A DNA stretch of 64,000 nt, taken from Octopus vulgaris. Lineage: Eukaryota. Made by a program: the position numbers and the translations under genes. Location of the stretch: the NCBI GenBank assembly GCA_951406725.2, contig OX597825.1:67952001-68016000 (forward strand). Reading direction: 5' to 3'. The notes under the pieces are model-generated. The model did no database searches and was not told the origin of the DNA. It was given only the letters and a program-made list of their open reading frames with translations. Position 1 is the stretch's first letter. Each line of letters begins with the position of its first letter. Below, piece by piece: positions 1-12,458 of the stretch.

Positions 1-345
1 GGTGCAGGAGTAGCTGTGTAATAAGTAGCTTGTGTACCAATCACATGGTTCTGGGCAAGTGTCTTCTATTATAGCCTTGTGCCAATCAGAACTTTGTTAG
101 TAGATTTGGTAGACAGAAACTAAAAGAAGACTGTTATGTATACATCTATGTGTGTATGTCTTTGTGTTTGTGTTTGTCCCCACCATGACCTGACAACTGG
201 TGTTGGTGTGTTTACGTCCCTATAGCTTAGCAGTTCAGCAAAAGTGACTGATAGAATAAGTACTAGGTTCAAAAAATAAGCCCTGTGGTCGAGTTGTTTG
301 GCTAAAATCCTTCAAGGTAGTTCCCCAACATGGCTACAGTCAAAC
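1..345 (+). mobile_element. tRNA-derived SINE, family 1
   Basis: Head ggtgcaggagtagctgtg, internal TG tract and tail ...cagcatggctacagtcaa; same family recurs more than 20 times in the window. Confidence 0.8.
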
Positions 346-589
346 AGTAGAGATGGGATATTCAGACAGTACCTCAAGGTATGAGGTGAGTAAAGGATAG
401 AGAAGCTAGTGATGACAATGATGATGATGATGATGATGATTCCGACAATGAGGGCTACTATAAGCAGACCGAATTTATGAGGAAAGAATAATATAAATGG
501 AAGAGACATGAGGGAGACAAATAACATATCCAGAACAAAAATATAAAATAAACAATGAAGTGAAAAAAAAAGTCAGACTTGCTATCTTC

Positions 590-1375
590 AGTTTGGTTTT
601 AGTGTCTGTCCTCGCCTATGGTCATAAATATAGGGTAATGGCCGAAAGAATATGATTGCAAATACAAGCGATCGAAATGGAATTCCTCTAATGGATCTCT
701 GAAGGAATCTTATTTGACAGATTGCATAGCTCAGAGATCAGAGAGTCTCCACAGGTCAAGCTGCTACTGGTCTGCATTGATGGGTCATGGGTTTGTTGCT
801 ACGGAAATGCCACAGGAAAACAGACGGTAAATGATGATGATGATGATGAGATGCAGGTGTGACTGTGTGGTAAGCAGCTTGCTTCCCAACCACATGGTTC
901 CAGGTTCAGTCCTGCTGCATGGTACCTTGGGCAAGTATCTTCTATTATAGGTTTGGTTTTAAGTTTTTCCTTAAGGCGAACCCATGCTAGCATGGAAAAT
1001 GGACGTTGAACAACGACGACGGCGGCAGCGATGATGACGACGACGATGATGTGAATGCATTTATTTTGCTTTTTCTTGCCACTTCAACCCCTAATATGGC
1101 TTGTTCTATTACCATTTCAGTGTGTGATTGGTCTATTATAGTCAGGTTTGTTACTATAAACACGTCACAGGAAAAATTTGCAAGACAGATTCTTCAAGCC
1201 ACACCAACCAACAAGAGACTTAGCAGTAGACCAAGAATGAAATGGTTGGATAATATCAATCATTTCAGTTGGTCATGCTTGGGAAAACCGGCCAGAAAGT
1301 TTAATGATGGTTGCTTCTGAAGGAAGAGGTGACTCAAGACTCTACCCCAGAAACCCTCCCAGGAGAAGATGAATG
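590..1375 (+). mobile_element. Decayed RTE-clade LINE RT C-terminal fragments (interrupted)
   Basis: Degenerate coding remnants such as RQILQATPTNKRLSSRPRMKWLDNI, typical of the RTE RT tail; interrupted by SINE and microsatellite sequence. Confidence 0.55.
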
Positions 1376-1443
1376 GATTGATAAAATGAAAAACTGGAAA
1401 ACAAAAATGGTAGACAGGAAGAATATAAAACTGTTTTTGTTAC

Positions 1444-1546
1444 CTCTGTAGGACCATTTTGCAACTTCTGTACCTGTTTCAGGAATGGTTGCTATAACAA
1501 TTGGAACAGCAGCATAAAGGTTGAAATCATCAAATGCTGTATCAAT
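1444..1546 (-). CDS. Alpha-arrestin exon, end of arrestin-C domain
   Basis: ctgtttcag|ATT. Encodes IDTAFDDFNLYAAVPIVIATIPETGTEVAKWSYR ('PIVIGTIP'-like motif). Probable donor G|gtaaca; otherwise it reads through to the stop at 1334. Confidence 0.85.
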
Positions 1547-1683
1547 CTGAAACAGTAAGGAAATATTCCTCAAGGAATCTTTTGCAAGACAATTGGTTAT
1601 ATATTTATCAAAGAATCACTTAAAAGAAGACAGTTGGTTGAACTTTTTGATACTTTTGAGAGAAAAGTTAGGCATAAGAAGCA

Positions 1684-1920
1684 TCAGGTGTGGTGTGTAA
1701 GAGAAATGACTGCACTGTTATGACCATGTAATATGTATGGACGAAAACAACTGTGTAAAGAAGTGCCAATCTCTAACTGTAGAGGGAACCTGTGGTAGAG
1801 GTAGACCCAGGAAGACATGGGACAAGGTGGTGAAGCATGAATCTTAGAACTTTGGGCCTCACAGAGGCAATGACTAGTGACCCAAACCTTTGGTGACATG
1901 CTGTGTTTGAGAAGACCCGT
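1684..1920 (+). mobile_element. RTE-clade LINE 3' coding fragment
   Basis: Translates to ...VKKCQSLTVEGTCGRGRPRKTWDKVVK..., the RTE 'GRGRP..TW' motif. Confidence 0.7.
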
Positions 1921-3350
1921 CATCATCATCATCATCATCTGTTCTCCATGCTAGCATGGGTTGGACGGTTCGACCGGGTATCTGGGAAGCCAGAAGGCTG
2001 CACCAGGCTCCAGTCTGATCTGGCAGTGTTTCTACAGCTGGATGCCCTTCCTAATGCCATGGCCAATGATGGTGCCATGTAACTGGCACCTGTGCCAGTG
2101 GCACGTACAAAGCACCTTTTGAGCATTGGGCCTCACAGAGGCGAAGTGGCTGAGCTCCTTTCGAGTGTTGGACCTCACAAAGCCGATGACTGAGACCTTT
2201 GGCAGACCTTTGGCATTATGTCGTGCTTGAGAAGAGGACCCATCAAGCCAAGTAAAATTGCAATTGTAGCAGATACTGGTGTCACGCAAATGGCACCCAT
2301 ACCGTTGGCATGTAAAAGCATCCATTACACTCTCAGAGTAGGTGACATTAGGAAAGGTATCCAGCCATAGAAACCATGCCAAATCAGACTGGAGTCTGGT
2401 GCATCCTTTCAGCTAGCCAGCCCTGGTCAAACTGTCCAACCCATGCCAGCATGGACAACAGATGTTAAATAATGATGATGATGATGATGATGACGACAAT
2501 GATGATATGTGTGTGTGCGTGTGTGTGAGTGTGTGTATGTGTGTGTCTGTGCATGTGTATGTGTGTGTGCGTGTGTATGTGTGTGTTGTGTGTCTGTGTG
2601 TCTGTGTGTGTGTCTGTGTGTGTCTTTGTGTCTGTGTTTGTCCCCCCCCCCATCACCACTTTGACAACTGATGTTGGTGTGTTTATGTCCCCATAACTTA
2701 CCGGTTCAGCAAAAGAAACCGATAGAATAAGTACTAGGCTTAAGATATAAGTCCTGGGGTCGATTTGTTCGACTTAAAGCCCTTCAAGGTGGTACTCCAG
2801 CATGGCCGCAGTCAAATGACTGCAACAAGTTATATAAAGGAGTAAAAGAGTGTACAAAATATTTCCACAATTTTTTTTTTTATACAAATGGCTAATTACA
2901 AAGATATAAAGGGATTTTTAAACATCAAATGGCTATGGAGGTCCAGTAGGATAAAATAGAAATCGAAGGGGTCCCTAGGCAAAAGAAATGGTTGAGAACC
3001 ACTCCTTTACACAGTCTTTCAATTTACTAGAAATAGCAGCCAAATGTATTTCAAATCACACTCTACTTAGCTTAACCATTTAGTATTTAAATTGGCTATA
3101 TTAGGCCCAAATATTCCACTTGTTTTATGCTTAAACTGGCTTGATCCTGCTGCTCACACCTACCCTACAATGTCATTCTAATAATGATCTCATTGAAATC
3201 TTGATACTTATGAAATAATCCAGGATTAATTCAAAACGATGTGAATAAATAAGCATTACATTTGACAGAAGTAATGTAATATGAAAGTTAACACTTTTTT
3301 TGAGACACACAGTGTTTTGTATATGCAGCCAAAAGGGCCAAAATATCTAT

Positions 3351-3522
3351 AGGCACAGGAGTGGCTGTGTGGTAAGTGGCTTGCTTACCAACCACATGGT
3401 TCCAGGTTCAGTCCCACTGCGTGGCACCTTGGACAAGTGTCTTCTACTATAGCCTCGGGCCGACCAAAGCCTTGTGAGTGGATTTGGTAGACGGAAACTG
3501 AAAGAAGCCCATCGTATATATG

Positions 3523-3574
<52 letters not shown>

Positions 3575-3781
3575 TATGATTGTGTATCTGTGTTTGTCCC
3601 CCAAGCATTGCTTGACAACCGATGCTGGTGTGTTTATGTCCCCGTCACTTAGCGGATCGGCAAAAGAGACCGATAGATTAAGTACTGGGCTTACAAAGAA
3701 TAAGTCCCGGGGTCGAGTCGCTCAACTAAAGGCAGTGCTCCAGCATGGCCGCAGTCAACTGACTGAAACAAGTAAAAGAGT
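3351..3781 (+). mobile_element. tRNA-derived SINE, family 1 (full length)
   Basis: Complete head (A/B-box-like tggctgtgtgg / ggttcagtcc), (TG)n core and tail ending aagtaaaagag. Confidence 0.85.
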
Positions 3782-4096
3782 ATATCTACTGAAAGACAAC
3801 CGCTGGTTAGCTATTACACTTCAAAACCAACCAATCACAAAATTTGTTCCATCAGAACGATGGATCAGCGTCGAAGTCCTTTCAGCTTGTATCACTTGGG
3901 TTGATCAATCAGCCTGGGAGTTCTAAGAGGGTTAAGAGATTTGTATAGTTCAGCAGATGCAGAACAGATGAGATGGTCATATCTGGGACCTATTCGCTCA
4001 TAGGTTTTGTTTACTGAAAGCTGACCTGGCCTATGGAAAAACAACAAGAACAACAACAGCAATAAATCAAAATGAAAGAAAAGTTGAAGTAATTAC

Positions 4097-4273
4097 CGCC
4101 ACACAATATTTGATGCTGATGATTTTGCACATATCCAGTCGGGATGGACACGTTGGAGGCACAGTAAATTCATATCCTTGCCAATGACAGCTCTGTCCAG
4201 GCCGAATTGATTCACACAACTTGGAACTTGCCACAATTACAACAACTGGACAGGAATCACTACATCGGACAAT
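4097..4273 (-). CDS. Alpha-arrestin exon, arrestin-C domain
   Basis: ttcttacag|ATT...GCG|gtaatt, 59 codons. IVRCSDSCPVVVIVASSKLCESIRPGQSCHWQGYEFTVPPTCPSRLDMCKIISIKYCVA carries the 'VPP..PS.L..C.II.I.Y' motif. Not present in the ORF track. Confidence 0.9.
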
Positions 4274-4439
4274 CTGTAAGAATACAAGGGGTGAAATGTA
4301 GAGACAGCTGGGAGAGATCTGCAGAGATATTTGAGATGAAATATGAAGTTACATGGAATGGGATGTGTAGCAATACAAGGAACAACATGCAAAGATACAT
4401 GGAATGATACATAGGTATATAAAAGGATCCATAGGGATA

Positions 4440-4744
4440 TCTTTATATATAAAACTGAAGTTGTGTGTGTGTCTGTCTACTCAGATTTAGATTCCTAACT
4501 ACTCCCACATTTTGCGGTGCAGTTTAACCAAAAGCGGGTATCTTATAGTCGTGATTCATATCGAGCCCTTCTGGGTATTAGTGCACGTCTACGATGAGTC
4601 TACGATTTTAAAAATAATTTACCATCATTTTTCCGCATTTTTAATGCATTTTTTGCTCGGTTTATATAAGGGAAGTAACTCTCTAAAAATGCTTATATAG
4701 TTATTTCCCTTACAAACCCGAGCAACGCCAGGCAATACTGCTAG
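4440..4744 (+). mobile_element. Non-autonomous Helitron
   Basis: Inserted A|TC...CTAG|T with no TSD; subterminal hairpin cccgagcaacgccagg; close second copy at 26428-26827. Confidence 0.85.
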
Positions 4745-4827
4745 TGTGAGATAATTTGTAGAGGTATATTGGACAATCTGTAAAGATACAAGGGATGAAA
4801 TGAAGAGACAGCTGGGAAAGATCTGCA

Positions 4828-5336
4828 TCTTTCTGCGGGAAGAAGAAATATGACGGCTATTGCTCTTTCGCAGAAGGTCAAATGTTCAAGTCTTGGGTCA
4901 CCAATTGTAACAGGATGAGAGGTCCCCACACTGGAAGGGTGCAGCTCGCATCCTTTACATTAAATATTAATCGAAGGAAAGAGTCAAGACTTCCGATTAA
5001 CTTCACCAGTATAGATATTTATTTCTTAATTCGCAATATATAAATTGTTCTTCCTGGGTAAATCGGCAGGCTAGGAGCTTATCGCAGTAGTCAAGTGGAG
5101 TGAGCCAAATCCTGTCCATTCAAGCATAGCAGAGATATGCCATGAGGTAGCAGCTTCAGAGAGCTGATGAAAACACAACTGTCCTGTTCAGCTGCCGGCG
5201 TTCGAGAGGACAATACGAAGGAATTTCGCTGCTGCTAGTTTTCAGCACATGCGTATGAGGGAACTTCAGGCAGGCCTCCCGGAAGAATCCAACTCTGCAC
5301 ATGCGTGCTGGAGATTTCCAAGATGGCGACACTACA
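4828..5336 (-). mobile_element. LTR retrotransposon fragment: 5' LTR (4906-5336) plus PBS and truncated leader
   Basis: On the minus strand TGTAGT...GTTACA termini and an AATAAA, followed after 2 nt by TGGTGACCC (tRNA-Trp-like primer-binding site). Confidence 0.7.
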
Positions 5337-7549
5337 GATACATGGAAAAAAATCCATACAGATATATGTGAAGATTTGCAGAGATATACGGAATGAAACA
5401 TAAAGATACAGGGAATGGAATATGTAATAGTACAATGGACAATGGGCACAGATAAGATACATAGATATATGAAAAGATCCATAGAGATATATGAGTTGAT
5501 ATGTAGAGGGACATCGGACACTCTGTAGCAATACATGGGATGAAATGTAGAGATTGCAGGGAAAGATCTGCAGACACATGGGAAGATCTGTAAAGATATG
5601 TGGAATGAAATATCTTTCTTTTATCTTTTATCTTTTGCTTGAGTCATTTGACTGCGGCCATGCTGGGGCACCACCTCGGAGAAAATTTAGTTGAATGAAT
5701 CTCAACTCTGGTGCTTATTTTTTCTAAGCCTGGTGTCAAGCGATGTTGGGGGGGACAAACACAGATACACAAACACACACACTCATATATATATATACAT
5801 ATAGACGACGAGCTTCTTTCAGTTTCCATCTACCAAATCTACTCACAAGCCTTTGGTTGGCCCAAGGATATAGTAGAAGACACTTGCCTAAGGTGCCACG
5901 CAGTGGGACTGAACCCAGAACCATGTGGTTCATATGCAAGCTGCTTACCACACAGCCAAAAACACAAAATATATCAGAGCAAGACAAATACCATCACTAT
6001 AGTAACACACACAAATAACAGATGTACTTGGCCTTTCTTGAGGCTTTTCAATGCCATGCACCTGAATGTCACCTACTCAAATGAAATTTGTGCCTTGATA
6101 TATGTAGGAAATATCAAATAAAATATTTACTGGTATCGCAGAAGCTTGCTAGGCTGTAGGAAAACTCAGTATGTGCAACTGAAACACAGTTAAACTAAAA
6201 TCATTATCTATGTATCATACTAAATGTATATATGCCATTTGAAGGCAAGCATGAAGCTGATAGAATCTCTTTTAATGATTTGTGTTAAAAACACAATGTA
6301 TATGAGACTGAGACAAACGTTGTCACTGCAGTGACTCATAAACACAATATATAAAAATAAAATAAATGCGCCCTTTTAAAGCCTAGCCAGGCTCATGGGC
6401 CCGGTTTCCCGGTTTCTATGGCGTATGTGTTACTCATTTTTTGCATTACTCATTTTTGCCAGCTGAGTGGACTGGAGCAACGAGAAATGAAGTATTTTGC
6501 TCAAGAACAAATGCGTCGCCCGGTCCAGGAATCGAAACGACAATCTTACGATCATGGTGCTGATACCCTAACCTATTTCTTTACTACCCACAAGGGACTA
6601 AACATAGAGGGGACAAACAAGGACAGACATAGGTATTAAGTCGATTACATCAACCCCAGTGTGTAACTGGTACTTAATTTATCGACCCCGAAAGAATGAA
6701 AGGCAAAGTCGACCTCAGCAGAATTTGAACTCAGAACGTAACGGCAGACGAAATACCACTAAGCATATCGCCCGGCGTGCTAACATTTCTGCCAGCTCGC
6801 CACCAGCTGACACCCTAACCACTAAGCCACGCACCTCCTAGCACAATATATACTGTGAGTTTAACACAAGGAATCTATGAAGAGACTTTATCTTACGCAG
6901 TTCCACAGCTTTATGTCTTCTAATGGTAAATATATGTTAGTATTATACACAAATGGGAATTTTAGTTTCAACTGTTGTTGCAGTTGTGTTCACTGACATT
7001 TTATACAGACACACACGTGCATACATACTTGTGGGAGTCTGTGTGTGAGTGTATGTTTGTGTTTGTGTTTGTATGTGTGAGTGTGTGAGAGAGAGAGAGA
7101 GAGAGCTTTTAGACAGAGATGTCAAACTTGTTTGGCTTTGCAAGCCAGATTAAAGCATCAGCTCGGCACCAAAGGTCACACAAGAACAATTATTCCTAAA
7201 ACCATTTTTCTTAACGTAGACTAAAGTAAATGGACAAAGAAGTCAATACATAACAAGTTTATTAACAATAAAGAAAGGAAAGAGCATAAAATATTAGCAA
7301 CGTTTTGAGTGTGTGAACAGAGATAGAAATTGTCCAAATGAATGAATACAATTCTTAAGAAGACCAGCGTTATATAGAAAACTTGGACTATTACAGCTGC
7401 AAAAGCCTTTCAATAATGTTCATATCTCTAGAATCCATTCAGATGAAGACATGAAAAAAATAATCTTCCATTTGGTTTCATATATATAAACAAACTGAAG
7501 GAGAAACAGGACACTTTTGCTTTTTATTTTTCGCTTTGTTTTGTTTTTA

Positions 7550-8675
7550 AAGGCGGCAAGCTGGCCGAGATGTTAGCACGGCGGGTGAAATGCTTAGCGG
7601 TATTTCGTTTGTCTTTACGTCCTGACTTCAAATTCTGCTGAGGTCGACTTTGCCTTTCATCCTTTCAGGATCAATAAATTAAGTACCAGTTACGCACTGG
7701 GGTCGATATAATCAACTTAATACTTATGTCTGTCCTAGTTTGTCCCCTCTGTGTTTAGCCCCTTGTGGGTAATAAAGAAATAGGAATTTCGTCTGTCTTA
7801 ACGTTCTGAGTTCAAATTCCTGTAAGGTTGACTTGGCCTTTCATCCTTTTGGGGTCGATAAATTAAGCACCAGTTGCGTACTGGGGTCGATCTAATCGAC
7901 TGGCCCCCTCCCCCAAAATTTCGGGCCTTGTGCCAAGAGTAAAAAAGAATATTTTGACAGTCTGTAATGCTGTGAGCTGGCAGAAACGTTAGCACACCGG
8001 GCGAAATGCTTAGCAGTATTTCATCTGTCTTTACGTTCTGAGTTTCGACCCCAAAAGGGGTCGATTAAATAAGTACCAGTTACACACTGGGGTTCATATA
8101 ATCGACTCAATCCATTTGTCTGTCCTTGTTTGTCCTTTCTGTGTTTAGCCCCTTGTGGGCAGTAAAGAAATAGGTATTTCATCTGTCTTTACGTTCTGAG
8201 TTTCGACCCCAAAAGGGGTCGATTAAATAAGTACCAGTTACACACTGGGGTTCATATAATCGACTCAATCCGTTTGTCTGTCCTTGTTTGTCCTTTCTGT
8301 GTTTAGCCCCTTGTGGGCAGTAAAGAAATAGGTATTTCATCTGTCTTTACGTTCTGAGTTTCGACCCCAAAAGGGGTCGATTAAATAAGTACCAGTTACA
8401 CACTGGGGTTCATATAATCGACTCAATCCATTTGTCTGTCCTTGTTTGTCCTTTCTGTGTTTAGCCCCTTGTGGGCAGTAAAGAAATAGGTATTTCATCT
8501 GTCTTTACGTTCTGAGTTCAAATTCCACCGAGCTCAACTTTGCCTTTCGTCCTTTCAGGGTCGATAAATTAAGTACCAGTTACGCACTGGGGTTGATGTA
8601 ATCAACTTAATCCCTTTGTCTGTCCTTGTTTGTCCCCTCTGTGTTTAGCCCCTTGTGGGCAGTAAAGAAATAAGA
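7550..8675 (+). mobile_element. Cluster/array of SINE family 2 including three 158-bp tandem units
   Basis: Heads aaggcggc(a/g)agctggc; near-identical units start at 8016, 8174 and 8332. Confidence 0.85.
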
Positions 8676-8841
8676 AACAGGACAATTTTGTTTTTTTCAG
8701 TGTTTGAATTCATAAGCTTCTTTCTTCATTGGTTGAAATAACAAAAGATTACCCAAGATGTATTGATTTGACTAAATGGAACTTGGTGCTAATTATGGTT
8801 TACGTTGGATTCCATCTCTGAATGCATGCTAATAACATATA

Positions 8842-9058
8842 TGAGGGGGTGCTGAAAAGTTCCTGGCTTTGGGTAAAAGAAAATACAGGTGGATGTTAAC
8901 TACAATTTTATTCAACATATTTCCCCCTCTCAGATTCACACACTTATTGCAGCAGTCCTTCAGTTGTTTTAAGCCCTATAAAAGAACTAGGAAAGTTGGG
9001 CCTCCAACCAGGCTTTTTGTGATACCCTTAAAGCCAGGAACTTTACAGCAACCCCTTG
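8842..9058. mobile_element. Mariner-type MITE
   Basis: TIRs gagggggtgctgaaaagttcctggcttt / aaagccaggaactttacagcaacccttg, flanked by TA; second copy at 18176-18391. Confidence 0.8.
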
Positions 9059-9521
9059 TATTTTGCAGAATATTTGAAAATTCAAAAGAATAATCTTTTT
9101 ATCTTTTACTTGTTTCAATCATCTTGACCGCAGCCAAGCTGGAGCACTGCCTTGAAGGGTTTTAGTTGAAGAAGTTGACCCCAGAACTTACTTTATTTCA
9201 GGCCTAGCACTTAATCTATCAGTCCCTTGTACCGAACCGCTAAGTTACAGGGATGTAAATACACCAACACCAGTTGTCAGTCAGTGGTGAAGGACAAAGA
9301 CACACACACACACACATATATGCACACGACATATTTCTTGCAGTTTCTGTCTACCAAATCCACTCACAAAGCTTTGGTCAGCCTGAGGCTATAGCAGAAG
9401 ACACTTACCCAATGTGCCATGCAGTGGGACTGAACCTGGGACCATGTGGTTGAAAGCAAGCTACTTATCACAGAGGACAAATCAACACTAGTACTTATTT
9501 TTACAATATTCACAATTTACA

Positions 9522-9862
9522 TTTCATTTTCGGATTTGGTTTGCAAGATTCTTTATATGAGTTCGTGTGTTGAAGCATATTCTGTTGTGTCTGGGGAGAA
9601 TCATTTTCTTTTTCTGCCTTATAATGTAACACACTCACCGGTAAAATTTCCACTTATTTCTTATTTTTATTTTCCTAAAATTTTTGTTGCATATTGAAAC
9701 CGTTTCAATAGTCTTGACTCTTGAAAAGGTTGAAGAGACTATTGAAAAGGTTGCAAGACACAACGAAAATTTTAGGAAAATAAAAATAAGAAATAAGTGG
9801 AAATTTCACCGGTGAGTGTATTACATTATAAGGCACAAAAAGAAAATGACTCTCCCCAGACA
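9522..9862. repeat. Fold-back insertion with ~127-bp inverted arms and 12-bp TSD
   Basis: Arms 9588-9714 and 9736-9862 are reverse complements; tcacaatttaca at 9510-9521 and 9863-9874. Confidence 0.8.
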
Positions 9863-10072
9863 TCACAATTTACAATTTTTGCAATATTTAAAGAAAGATT
9901 TTCTTCAAAATTACTGACTATTTAAAAAAGTATTTTGAAAAATAAAATGTCACAAATCTTTTAGAGAGAAGATTTCATGACGCAGAACCATCTTTCAAAG
10001 AGGTCTGTGGTTTTCAAAAAGATTTTTTTAAAATAATTAATAACTTTTTTTAAAAATCATTTCTTTAATGAT

Positions 10073-10142
<70 letters not shown>

Positions 10143-11038
10143 ATGTGTGTGTGTGTTTCCTATTCAACCATCAGAAATTTGGCTGAAATTATAACAGCAC
10201 ATAACAAAAGTGGAATTAGGCAGTATCTCAACTCAAAATTAGTAAACACAAGTAGAAACAACAGTGTGAATTGTGAATTTAACGCTAATGATAATTTCCC
10301 TGAACTAGATTTCGAGCAAATTAAGGCAAATTAATTCCAACTGTGAAATTGATAATACCTTTAAGATAACACCTAGTAATATTATTGATTATAATTCTGC
10401 TAATAATCCTGTCTTAACACCTAGTTCTGAGAGGAGGATTAATGATAATTCCTTTAACCATGGGTACAACATACAAGTGAATAAATGAATTTGTAACTTC
10501 AAAAGCAAAATTATCTATCCTTTAGAAAATCCATGTCTAAGGAAGAATATACTGAATCAATACAAAGTCATAAATGGAGATCATACGTTTTATAACATAG
10601 TTTTGTCTGCTACAGTTTGGAAATCTAGATTACATAATTATTCTTTGATTTTAGTATAGAAGAAAATGCAATTCTACAAATCTTGGCCAATGCATTTGGG
10701 ATTTAAAAGACAAGAACATTAACGATGATATAAAGTGGTCCATTATTGGTTATGCATCATCGTACAATATTGGTAATTTTAAATGTGATCTTTGCCTTGA
10801 GGAAATAATATTAGATAATTACTTCTAAATACATTTTCTTAAAATTTAGAAGTAATTTTACACTGAAATGTTCTTGTGGTAAGAAGTTTGCTTGCCTAAC
10901 ATGTGGTTCCAGGCTCAGTCCCACTGCATGGCACCTTGGGCAAGTGTTTTCTACTGTAGCTTCGGGGCTGACCAAAGCTTTGTGAGTGGATTTGGTAGAC
11001 GGAAGCTGAAAGAAGCTTGTCATATAAATGTATATACA

Positions 11039-11316
11039 CAGGAGCATAGCTAGGGTGTGGAAAGCAGGGCACATGCCTTGGGCGTCACTTTGAGGGAGGC
11101 ACAATTTTGGCCAAGATCATTGTGTAATTAAGTCATTAAAAAACATTTTAAAACCTTTTTGAGGCATGGTTTGTTTTGCTTATCACCATCCATGCCACTA
11201 GACAGAAAAGGTGTTTATACTTGATCTCACAAAATGCATGTGACTTTCCACTTTTTGGTTGGTGTGGGGTGCAATTTTGATACTTGCCCTGCACACCATT
11301 TACTCTAGCTATGCCC

Positions 11317-11318
<2 letters not shown>
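11039..11318. mobile_element. hAT-like MITE
   Basis: Imperfect TIRs caggagcatagctag / ctagctatgcccct; splits a family-1 SINE into head and tail. Confidence 0.55.
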
Positions 11319-11351
<33 letters not shown>

Positions 11352-12458
11352 TTTGTTTGTCTGCCATCACTGCTTGACAACCAATGCTGGTGTGTTTAAC
11401 TTCCCATAACTTAGTGGTTCGGCACAAGATACCAATGGAATAAGTACTAGGCTTACAAAGAATAAGTTCTGGGATTGATTTGTTCAGCTAAAATCCTTCA
11501 ATGCAGTGCTCCAGCATGGCCACAGTCAAACGATTGAAACAAGTAAAAGAATAAATAAAAAGAATAAATACAAAAGAACATTTAAATATTTCAATGCTAA
11601 ATAACCCATAATCATCATCAATTATCATCGTCATCCTTTAAACCATTAATTATAATTGCTTTTCCTATAATCTAATATGCATAATGTTTCTAAAATAAAT
11701 TTTTTAACCTATTTCAACGATAGATAACTAATTATCAAAACAGAATTTCTGTTTCAAATTGTAGCAATGTAGAATCCCTATGTTTATTTTTCATTAATCC
11801 GTTAGCTAATGATGTCATCAAAAGTTAAATACTCAACTGACTTTTCTTAGAATAATATATTTCATTATAACATTCATTTTGTATGCATTTATCTATTTGA
11901 GATATTTTCCTAGTTCACTTTGAATTTAACCCATTTTGGGTTGACTTGACGTTGTGTTAACATATCTTTCCAGATATATTAGACTGATATTTTATACCTG
12001 GTGGCACAATAGAAACAACTGTCAGTAATTAATGGTGTAATCACTAATTAACGATGTGACTTTCTCCATTCTTATTCTTGCTGTCTCATACTCCAAATTT
12101 CTCAAAATTCTTCAAAGCAATATTTAAATTTATTTGTCATACATTAAGAATTACCTTGGAATTTAATCCTACTAGCATATACAGGTATCTGATTGTTTGA
12201 TATAATTAACCAAATTCACTTAATGCTGAGTGCTTTATAGGTATCTGCCTGGATGTGTTAATCCTTTTAACTTCTTATTACAGAGTGTTCCAAAAGTCAC
12301 TGATGGGTTTCAAATTTTAATAACTTCCTTAACTTTACAAATAAATGCATGAAATTTTGATACAATATAAAGGACATAATGGAAATTAATATGCACAAGT
12401 CAAATTTTGCAACACCACTACATCACATATGAAAATTGACATTGCTTATATGGTAGCC

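Noticed and set aside
3351-3425. tRNA-like sequence
   Set aside because: Head of a high-copy SINE; no complete cloverleaf.
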